From Camelus dromedarius (Eukaryota): DNA of 64,000 bases. The DNA lies in contig NC_087437.1 in assembly GCF_036321535.1 (NCBI RefSeq), positions 73,596,001 through 73,660,000 of the forward strand. The letters are read 5' to 3'. Shown here piece after piece: positions 51,825-62,169 of the stretch (positions are counted from its first letter, which is position 1; every line of letters begins with the position of its first letter). Made by a program: the position numbers and the translations under genes. The notes below the pieces were generated by a model. The model worked only from the letters and a program-made list of their open reading frames with translations, searched no databases and was not told the origin of the DNA.

Positions 51825-54800
51825 CTTAAATGTCACTTTTCTCAGAGGGGCCTTTCCTGACTCACCACTCCCTGTTAGAATTCCTAATTGACTATATTTT
51901 TTGTTTGTAATATTTATTGCACACTGTATGGTTATATTTAATATTTGTCAGCCATGCTCGACTGTGAGCTTTATGGGGGGAGACGAGCTGTCTCTTTTGT
52001 TTACCTGTATTTCCAGCAATAAACGGTGTCTGGCTTAGGGTTGTTGGTCCATAAATTATTGGTGGATAAGTCAATAAATTCATTTACAAGGTTTTAAAGC
52101 TAGCTTATGGTAGAACCCAGTCTAAAACCAAGTTTCTGTGACTCCTGCTTCCGTAATCTTAGAATGCAGAGGATTCGATGGTGTTTTAGATCTTACGTGC
52201 ACAAACTGGAGCAGTTCTCACCTGGCAGCAGCCTCTTCTGGTGAAAAGATGGTGGAGACTGTTAGTTCCACTCTGCTTAATAGCAGCTCCACGCCACATG
52301 GCTACATTTTGCTTCATTTCTTGAACTCTAAATTCCAGATTCGCTCTGATGTCTCCTGAGGACATCCTGGACTCTCCTAATAAAAGAAGCACTATTGAAT
52401 TTTTATGAGACTTACATATGCTTTGACATGAATTTCTATTCAAATCTGGTGATGCAGAGAGCTGTCAGGAAACAGCGGCTCTTTGGGAAGGAGGTGGTGG
52501 TTCGTGTTCGCATATGTGCTGTTTTCCCCTTTAATGTGCCACCTTGTAGTCTATCGTATTTCACTGATACCTTGCTGCGATGGAAGAGACAAAGAACATT
52601 CAGCCAGTCAGACAGTACTCCTTTGGAAAAGTCAAATTCATAGTTTTGAATGATAGCTCTTTCCCCCCCAAATAGTGTACTCAGTTGGCAACAGCAGATT
52701 GGCAGATAAACATTAATTGTGGATACTGATTATTACTCAAGGAGGCATGGTGCTTCTTTTTTCCTGGGAAAAGAATCTGAACTCAGTGGCCAGCTCTGGG
52801 CTATCTGGGCAGCCTCTCTTCTGAAGTCGTCCCTATGTGACGTATTTATTCACGTATCTGGGTGGTTGTTCTTAAATCAGATTCACAAAATTTCCAGGAT
52901 GGTCCTGGTATTAAGCATACTGTCTTACTAGTGTCTTAAAACATCAAAATGCCACAGGAATCCCCCCTGATTTGGCAATAACAGTGGAATGATGCAAGTC
53001 AGAGGCTGAGAAATGGAACGTTTACAAAAATATCTGCAGGAACTTTTATGCGCTTTACTAACCTTACTCTCTTTGAACACCCCCTGATATTAATGCCAGG
53101 GCAACTGCTGTGTTTGCCTGAGCAAGGCAAAGCTGAGTCCCTCATTCAAGGTGATACGCATGACAAATATTTCCAAGTATAACTGAAAGCAGTTACTTGC
53201 TTACATTGCTAGCATTCTTTAAAGTTCAAAATAAATTATATTTCATTTTAATGTCAAAATGAATGTAAAAATCAAGAAAATGTGTACTTTCAAAGCAACT
53301 AGGTAAAAGGAATATCCCATTTTAAGAAATAACCAGTAATCACAAGTGATATTGTGCACATTCCAGAAGTGAGATGTATATTGATAGCACTGGGAATTTG
53401 ATATGCTTTTATATACTCAGGCAAAAAAAAAAAAAAAAAACTTGATTTATTTTAGGCTCTATTAACTTACAGGTAGAAAAGGGGAGACTTTTTTTTTTTT
53501 TTGTAAATTCATAGAAGGCTTTCTTACTTTTTAGAAAACAATCTGTTAAATAAACATATTCTAAAATTACATTTAATGAGAGTTTGTGAGCCGAACAGGG
53601 TGAGTAGAAAGACTCTCCGGGGCAGAGATGGCTAAGAGGATATAAAGATGTTTGTCACGAAACCAATAGGATTCAAAGCACACAGTGACATTATTTGGAT
53701 CCACTGTCTCATTGTTATGTACAAATGCTCTGACAGAAAGGCTGTTTTCCCTAAATAATAACTTTTGGACATCAGAAACAAAAAACATACCTTTAAATGT
53801 ATCTCTAAAGTGTTTGTAATCCAAGTGAAAAAGCACAGACTTGCCAATATTTCTAGGAGAAAGAACAATACATAAGTTTTAAAAAAAACTAAAGTTTTCA
53901 CTAGCAGTGAAATAACTGAAATAACTGAAAGGACAACCTAATTTTAAGGGATTATTTTGTTAAATTTTGCTTTGCATTTCATATAATGTAATTTTTTCAG
54001 AAAGAAGCATTTAGTTATGTGATTGATGCCATTTTATCTTATATGATCTTAAATATTGATGCAGAGGTGTGAAAAATATTTTTTAACAATGTGTCTCAAA
54101 TTTTGTCATGAAACATAGAGACAATAAATAACGTGTGCTCACTTTCTATTTGGACTCTTATTATGCATTACAATGACCGAATTTCTTCACTTTGGAAGTG
54201 AGTCTTCCAACCTAGAGGATTTGTTGATCAGCTCTAGGAAATGGCTGTAGGGTTAGGATTTTCAGGCCTAAGTGTCTAGATGTACTTCCCAAGGACCAAG
54301 TATTGTGTTAAGTGTCATGGCCTCTAGAAATGTCTGGAAAATGGTCCCTTCTGTGGAGAGGAATCTTGTCTAATGAAGAAGGCAGTCATAAACACAGTTA
54401 ACCACAAAACTAAGTCAGGTGGTGGGTTCTAAAGTTGAGCAATAAAGAAAGAATTTTGGGGGCAAATAGGCAAATAAGGTTAATTTTGACTGAGTTGCTG
54501 GCATCTGACTGAAAAAAGCAATTTTTCTATCCTCATGTTGTCTAGGAGGATGTCTTGCATACAGCAGGTGTTCAATAGTTGGGCCAAAGTCAAATCAGGA
54601 CAGGTACTTGCCCCATCTTGCCATGGGGGTGTGATGGAGAAGGCCTCTGTATTGTTTTTGAGACAGATGCCTGCTGTTTTTAGTTTTACTCAACTGACTG
54701 AATCTTAAAACAGCAAATTAAGTTTAAACATCCAGCAGGGGGATTTCCTGTTAAGCTTAAAAATTTTTTAAAAGAAGTTTTTATCTAATATTTTTCATCA

Positions 54801-55298
54801 ACAGGGTAGGCAGATCTTGAAATGACATTATCTGGGAGGAACTGGGAACACCATGTGCCTCAAAATATCTTCCTCTTTTTCTTACTTAAAATTTTACAAC
54901 TGAAGGTAATTCCTTTGTTAAACTCTCAACTCCTTTTGGATACAAATGTCCCTGGGAAGGGTCACACGTCATCCTGTTGTTAGCGTCTGAGTGTGGGTCA
55001 GTAGGCTCCTTTACAGACCAGTTTTGTTAGTACAAGTCAGTAAGGTATGTCCAGGGGAGGTGCGAGTGTTCATGGAAGGTGGGGCCCCTGGGCCAGTGTG
55101 AGGCATTGAGAGGACGACTCAGAAGAGGGGAGCAGGGTTTTTAAAGAGGAAAGAGGAGGCCTGTTTGCCAAACTTTACAGGACTTGTCCCAACTGTGAGA
55201 TTGTGCCACGTGTTGTGATTGTTTGATACATCTAGTCACTGCAGCTTACAAGCCTAGGTCCTCCCAATTACTTTAACTTAAATTGAATTTAACGTAAT

Positions 55299-55342
55299 TG
55301 AAATTGAAATCACTGAAATTGAAATCACTGAAATTGAAATCA
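55299..55342. repeat. 15-bp tandem repeat, ~3 copies (tgaaattgaaatcac)
   Basis: Units at 55299-55313 and 55314-55328 are identical; 55329-55342 matches 14 bases. Confidence 0.95.
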
Positions 55343-56769
55343 ATTGGATATTCTGCAGGCTGTGAAGCAGCAGTCAGGATCCCTTGTGAAGGTTGGACTC
55401 TGAAGCTGCATGAAGGGGGTAGTGACACTGGTTAATAGCTAGTGCTGGGTCAAGCATCCATGGTCACATTATATAGAAATAAGGAGATGCCCCCAAAGAA
55501 CAAAGGTATAAACTACTTAAAATAGACCACTTTTCCTATTTTTATCCCTTATTGTTATTAATGATAATCCATACTATATTTGATATGAGGATAAATAACA
55601 TAATTTATGTAAACAACATTTATTAAACAGCTACCTGTGTAAGGCTTGGTAGCAGTGCCTGTCATGCAGTGTCCTATTTGGACCTCATCAATGAGGCTCA
55701 AATCAGGTGACCTAGATTCACACATAGAGTTAACATAAAATAAGTAGAATTTCAAAGCAGGACAGTCAAAGTCTGTCTCAGACCTCTTAACCATTCTGCA
55801 GTATCTCCTTTGGAAAGGGATGCAAAGAAAGACACCTGGGGCCCTGGCTGCCTCAGCCCCACTCCACCTTTGTGTGGGTGCCTTGCTCTCTGATGGCCAC
55901 GTGAATCCAGGAGGCTATATTGTATTACAGCTCAGCAGCTCTTCAAGCTTGAACATCCCATGCTTCTCTTTACCTTGGGGTCTCTTAGCAGTGGGAATGG
56001 GAGGGGCATTATCTCAGAGGGAGCTTTATCTCTTACTTCATGGTAAGCCCCTTTGGCAAATGAGAGGAATGGGCCATTTGCTCTTGTGCCCATGTGGAGA
56101 TCAGTTTTCGTAACCTGTGGGCCTCCTGGAGCTGCCTTCTCTGCAGAGCCCCTTGGCGATGAGTCACAGGGCATGCCATTGCCGTATATGGATGGGTCAT
56201 TGGGCTGCACGGGTTAACTGGGATTACCAACAACTATAATGTTGGTGTTTTGAGCCTCAGCAACTCGGCTTTGAAGCTGAAGGGCGGGGTGCAGGCATAC
56301 TTACGTGTCTTAATTTGGTAATAATAGCATGCTTTTCTGATGACAAGGCATGCTGTGAATATCGAAGTTTATACTATGCATACTGTTGATATTTGATACA
56401 ATATTAAGTTAAACCGCGGCTTGTCTGTTTGTCTAAATTTTGTCCCTTAAACTCCAAACGCTTGTGAATAGACTTAGGATGTGGTGGAAAAGTAACTAGG
56501 AATTGGACCTTTTACTTTTCTAGCTAGTTATACTTTTGTAGACTTCTTAGGTATTTTCAGATGATTTTGCTTATTTTTGTTTGCCCTTACTTGTTAGAAA
56601 AAGTAAATATTAATCTGATGTTGCTTTGTTTTGAGGTTACTATAGTCATAGGCAAATATCACTGTATGGATCTTTAGACCCATGGAATATTACTGCTTAA
56701 AGCAATCTTAGGGATCATTTAGCCTAATTCTTTTATCAGGACTTTTTTCCCTATCCTTAGGGGGAAAAA

Positions 56770-56985
56770 AAAGGATAGATTTTAGCATCAGAATTGCATT
56801 TAAATTCTTGGCTTGCCATTTAGTAGTGGTGTAGCCATGGGCAACTCATTGGACTTCCATTAGCCTAAGTATCCCCATCTGCAAAAAACCGAGGGTCAGT
56901 TCTACCTACCTTTACAGATCTGTGCAAAGTGCAAGCTTAACATGTGGCATGGCTTCAGGGCCTGCAATAGAATGCTAGCTTAACA
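56770..56985 (+). mobile_element. MIR SINE
   Basis: gccatttagtagtggtgtagccatgggcaactca...gcctaagtatccccatctgcaaaa. Confidence 0.7.
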
Positions 56986-57652
56986 ATTGTGCTTTCTTCC
57001 CTCTATTTTAACTCTATAATAATATGCTTTGCTTCAATTTTAATTTTAAATTAAAATAATTATGAGATTTAAATAAGGTTTTATACTTATAGTACTTTCT
57101 TCTTTTCTTTTTCTGAGGATGTAAGAGTAGCCTTAGGATCAGATATAGGGGTCTGTCTAGACAGAAAAGGAAACTTGTGGAAGAATAAAAGAGAATCTGC
57201 TTTATTTTAAATTTTCAGAGTAGATGTAGGGGTAGTGAAGTAAAGGAAGGAGAATGAGTTTTTGAAAAATTCCTGGGGTGGAAATGTGAATGAATTTATA
57301 TATAGACTGGAAGTATAATTTAAATAATACTATGAAGGGTGAAAATATAAAACAGACTTCATGACAATAAAAAATAAAACCCTTCAAAATGAATACTATG
57401 AGCCTACTCAAAATTTTTCACATTCTAAAAGTCATGTAGGGGTCAGGGTGAAAGCCTGAACTGAGCTAAAAAGAGATTCATCAAACGCATTGTCTGGAAT
57501 TAAGTGAAGAAGGTAAGTGGCACATTTTTCCCCTTCCTGTGTTTTTTTCCTGGAATAAATATATGTAAATTGTCAGATTTAGAAACATGATTTAAATTTT
57601 TAAAAACATTAATTAAGGTTCCTACTTCAGGCAATATTAATCCATTAAGGTC

Positions 57653-58130
57653 TTCATTCATGCATCTTCCATTCATGCATGCATGCATTATTTTATTTAA
57701 CAAATATTTGTTGAACGTCTATTGGACAGTCTTCTATGTGCTCGGAGAGAGTGGTGAATAAAAACTGACAATAACCCTGGTCCTTATGGTGTTAACAACC
57801 TAGGAAGCAGAGAATGGCAATCATCATACACATACACACACAGATATAAAATAGTGGAGGTAAATGATAAGTGCCACATAGAAAGGGAAACTTAGAGAGA
57901 TAGGGAGCAACAGGAAAGGAGGAGGCTGCAGGTTTAAGCGGTTGGGTCAGGAGGTCCCATGGTTGAGTGCGCCCTGCTTTCCTGAAGGACAGCATGTAGG
58001 CAGTGTGGCCAGGGCAGAGCTGGTGGTGAAGGATTAAATAGTCATAGGAGATGGGATCAAAGAGGCAACAGAAGCCATCTTATGCAGGCCTTGTAGGGCA
58101 TTGTAAATATTTTGGCTTTTACTCAGAATC
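57653..58130 (-). mobile_element. LINE-2 3' end
   Basis: ttcattca...aacaaatatttgttgaacgtcta; tgcaggccttgtagggcattgtaa...tttggcttttactc. Confidence 0.82.
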
Positions 58131-58189
58131 TAACAATTAATTTATAATATTTATAATAAAAAAGAATGACAGCAAAGAAAATTAATCTA

Positions 58190-58970
58190 CCTGGTTGTCC
58201 CAGAAAACCCTCAGACCTTAGTTACCTTCATCTTTTTCTCCTTGTCTGCTTGCTTGATCCAACCACCTACCAAGGGCTAAGCTGCCCTTCTCAATCGTCG
58301 CTGACTCTGTTTCACTCCAGACCCTCATCATCTGTCATCCGGACTCCAACATTCACTTCTTAACTCCTTTCTCTGCCACTGTCTTTCTATTATCTCAAAT
58401 CCAACTTTCTCACTGACAGCTGATGTCTTTCAGAAACGCTAATCTGTTTGTATTGTGCTGCTGATACAGCTTTTGAAGTTTACACGTTTTCTAAAGTATG
58501 GCTATTTACCAGGCTCTCTACCAGTCTCTCTACAATCTAGCTGAGACGCGCATTTCTAGTCTCAACTCTGGCACTCCTCAGAGTACACCACGCTCCCGAA
58601 TATGTTCTGAGCTCTCATCCCTGGGGCTTGTATGTGCACATTCTGCCGCCTAGAATGTGTCCATGTTTTGAGTCTGTCATACTCTTATTCAGCCTTAAGA
58701 CCCAGTAGCAATTCATCTTCTTGAGGAGCAGTCCCAAGCTCTTCCAGGTGGAATCAGTGTGCCTTTCCTCTGGGTGTTCATCAAACTGTTCCTTGCTTTG
58801 TCATAGCATGTCTTACTCTTTAATTAGTTTTTACATACATTTCTTTCTGCCAGATTCTCAGCTCCTGAAACATGAAGACTATGTCTTATTCCGCTCTGTA
58901 GCCACAGTACCTAAGGGCCATGCCTAGCATGTAGGAAATGCTTAATAAGTTTTAAAATAAATAGATAAAT
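58190..58970 (+). mobile_element. LINE-2 3' region
   Basis: ctgccgcctagaatg, gctcctgaaacatgaagactatgtcttatt, tgcctagcatgtaggaaatgcttaataa. Confidence 0.75.
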
Positions 58971-59744
58971 CTATTACCATATGAGAGGTTATGTGTGGGT
59001 AGTTGGATATAACTAAGTTAAAATAAGTAATATGAGCAAAATAGAGAGGGTTATCAGATGTCTTTATTATTAAAATTTTGGGAAAATTAATTTCTTTTGA
59101 TCAAATATTTTGGCCTGAGAGTTTTTCTTTGAAAGATTGAGAGTGTTGAATTGGGTGGTCTTTAAGATTCCTTGCAGATCTAAAACACTCAGTTATTCAT
59201 TCATTTATGGATACATTCATTCACTCATACTTAACTATTATGTGCAAAGCATATGACTTCACCAAATCACAAATCATTCTTTTTTTGTGTGTTTTATATT
59301 TTGACTTAGTTAAATACTATGATGAGGCTAGAAATAAATGTATGGTATTTCTGTTCAGTCTGTCATAAGCTTAGAAGATTAGAATATGTTTAGGTGCAAC
59401 CCAAATACACAACATTAAGGGAATTCGAGACAGAAAATGGATACCGGAGATTTGAAATAGCATTTAATACTGACTGATATCTTAATACCACTAAGACATG
59501 GAAAAACTCATGTCATCCTTCCTACATAAGATAAAAGAATTTGGAAGACTATCTTGTTACTATACGTGCTGGAGCATATCCACAGAATTGTTATAATAAC
59601 AGTATTCAGTATTTTAATACAAATTCTTTACGTTTAACAGATGAGAAAATGCATTAATATCTATACTACTTAAACTTGAAATTTTATAGAGAGAAAGCAA
59701 GGAATGAAATTTATAATAGAATTGACTAACCTAAAAACAATCTT

Positions 59745-60110
59745 TTTAAAAATTAATTAATTTTTTGTATATACATTCATTGAAGTATAGTCAGTTTACA
59801 ATATTGTATCAATTTCTGGTGTATAGCATGCTTCAGACATACATTAACATACATATATTTGTTTTCATATTCTTTTCCACCATAAGTTACTATAAGATAT
59901 TGAATATAGTTCCCTGTGCTGTACAGTGTGAACTTGTTGTTTTTCAGGTTTTGTGAGAATCCTCCTGTATTTCAAAGCAAGAGACACTCTGCCAGAGTTC
60001 AGTAGGTGTTCTGTGCGAATCAGTGGGTTTGTAGATGTAATTCTTGGTGTATTTGTGGGAGAGGGTGAGCTGTGAGTCTCTCTGCTCTGTCACCTTGGCA
60101 CCTCCACCCC
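59745..60110 (-). mobile_element. Internally deleted or spliced L1: 5' terminus (~166 nt) fused to the 3' UTR end plus A-rich tail
   Basis: 59770-59944 is the reverse complement of the L1 3' UTR family at 24964-25130; 59945-60110 resembles a cetartiodactyl L1 5' end; TSD taaaaacaatctt (59732-59744) / taaaaataatctt (60111-60123). Confidence 0.82.
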
Positions 60111-60909
60111 TAAAAATAATCTTCTGAAATCTGACAGTATTTCCCCAAAAGTAGAATTTCTTTTTTAAACAAAGAATCCTGGCCTTGAAGACTACAATTG
60201 GCATAAAATAAAGGAGACCAAAGCAAAACCTTATTTTCTAGGAGTGAGTGGCGATTGAAATTATTTTCAGATTAAGAAATACTAGTTATATATTATTCTT
60301 CGTTTCTCTTTTAACCCTTATTTTAGTGCTCTTTTATTCAAAGTTATTAAGCATATATATGCTATTATACAATGCCTATCAAAAATTATTTGGATCTAAA
60401 TTAGGTATTTCATAAATCTGCCTTTATATTACTGGGTATCACCCTGACGCTTAGTTGTTGGCTTATGAGAGTTTGTCACCATGTGGAATTTTCTACAGCA
60501 GAAAGAGTCATGCATAGAAAGTGAGGCAAACTCTTGTATGTACCGGAAGCTTTTGGGTTTTATGCTGTAACTCCTTGCCTCCAGGCCACATCTTCTTGTG
60601 TTCTAAAATAGTCCACAAATATTTCTTTACAAAGAACCTTTATAATTCACCAACCCTCATGGGTATGTATCTATATCTATGTATTTCAATCAGACTGCAT
60701 TAAATGAATAATTATTCATTTTCTCCTTCTACACTAAGCAATTATATAGTCTTCTCTCATCTTTCAGAACCCATCTTAACATTTCTACTCCCTCACTAGC
60801 TGTCAGCTCCACTGCCCTTCTTTTTCTTGCTTGAGCTTGCTGGACTTGTTCTTGTCTCAAAATCTTTGCCCTTATAATAACTTATGCCTGAAATATTCTT
60901 CATGTAGAT

Positions 60910-61120
60910 TAGTGACTCTCAACTGGAGGTGGTTTTGCCCCTCAGGGGATGGTTGGCAATAACTGTAGACATTTTTCATCATCAAAATCTGGGGTGAGGG
61001 GTGCTGCTGTCTGGTGGGTAGATAATAGGGATCCTGATAAACATCCTGTAGTGCACAGGACAGCCTTCTTCTCTTTCTTTTTTTGGCCCCAAATGTCAAT
61101 ATTTCCAAGGGAGAAGTATC
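60910..61120 (+). mobile_element. hAT-Charlie MITE MER20
   Basis: ctctcaactggagg...ttttgccc...caggggatggttggcaat...taaacatcctgtagtgcacaggacagcc...ggccccaaatgtcaata. Confidence 0.9.
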
Positions 61121-61229
61121 CTTAAATATCTAAGACGTTTATCCTCAGATATACTGAGAAGCCAATCGTTAGATTTTATCATATTTAATTCTTTCTAACC
61201 ATTTAGAAAGAATTTAGGTTGTGGTTCAT

Positions 61230-61480
61230 ATATTACCTGTCCAGAAGAGGCCTTCTCTAACCACCCAGTGTAAATAGTTCCACCCCTCCTATCACCTAAT
61301 AACTCTTTGTTCTACTAACTTGTTCTTACGTCACTTATTTTTTAGTGAGATTAAAACTTAATATAATGGTTGTTAAATATAAGTTTTACAGACAAAGGCT
61401 TTATCTTATTCAATTATTATCTCCTCTATGCTTACAGAAGTGACTGCCACATAGTTGACAATATTTTTGAGTGAATATTG
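61230..61480 (+). mobile_element. LINE-2 3' fragment
   Basis: ttacctgtccagaagaggccttctctaaccaccc...gccacatagttgacaatatttttgagtgaat. Confidence 0.6.
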
Positions 61481-61639
61481 GAAGACAGATGAGATCAGTA
61501 GGCCATAGCTAAGGGTTATATATACTTAGTTCTTAAGATTTCAGTTCAAAGGAAAAAAAAGTCTTCCTGCTCTCTTCTTCAACATGATGTCAGAAAACAT
61601 GTACTTTCTACAAGTTTAAAACATCTTGAAGAAGTTATG

Positions 61640-62155
61640 CTTTTAGTAATGGTAGAATAGACTGTATTGGACTATCCTTCTCACAGATAACAATCATAAA
61701 CTTCGGTCAAAATAGTGAAAAACAAACACACACATACATGACTATACAAAGGCAAAGGAGAGTGACAAAAGAAATAATAATAATAAAAAAAGAAACGGTG
61801 GCAGGCACTGAACTGGGTCAATTTAACTTTTATATGGGTTTCCACCGGAGGATATTTCCAGTCCAAGTCAGTAGAAGGAGATGATGAGCTGAATCAGATG
61901 TTGGACTTAGTAGACAAGGACTTTAAAAGTAGCTTTTATAAATATGACAGGTGTATAAAGGAAATCATGGTCTTAATGAATAAACAGATAAGGAATTTCA
62001 GCCTGAAAAAGAATCAAATGGAAATTCTAGAATTTAAGAATGCAATATTTAAAATGGAAAATTCACTGGATGGGGTTAAGCTGATTTAGGTGGCAGAGGA
62101 ATGCTCAGTGAACAATAGAAATTATCCAATCTGAAGAGTACAAGAAAAACAGATC
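61640..62155 (+). mobile_element. Old L1 5' / ORF1 fragments
   Basis: ORF1p-like MLDLVDKDFK...KKNQMEILEFKNAIFKMENSLDG. Confidence 0.75.
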
Positions 62156-62169
62156 CCCAGTAATCTTGT

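Larger units (their letters stand above)
50790..52085 (+). mobile_element. LINE-2 3' region, interrupted by a SINE and a MER5B-like MITE
   Basis: ctatatgctgctgactt, ccagaaacctgggaatc, caagccatcatcatt, aaatgtcacttttctcagagggg, gactgtgagc. Confidence 0.82.

Noticed and set aside
52550..52640. Possible coding exon (MEETKNIQPVRQYSFGK... on plus, or a 50-nt minus-strand exon)
   Set aside because: No convincing donor on plus and no recognisable peptide; kept only as part of the candidate enhancer.
55299..55342. CRISPR-like direct repeats
   Set aside because: Head-to-tail with no spacers, in mammalian DNA; it is a simple minisatellite.
29300..57560. Isolated GAS (TTCCTGGAA) and D-box (TTATGTAA) matches
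   Set aside because: Short motifs, unclustered, at about chance frequency for AT-rich DNA.
57653..58970. Divergent L2 pair as a possible dsRNA hairpin or miRNA source
   Set aside because: The copies are too old and diverged; I saw no extended complementarity.
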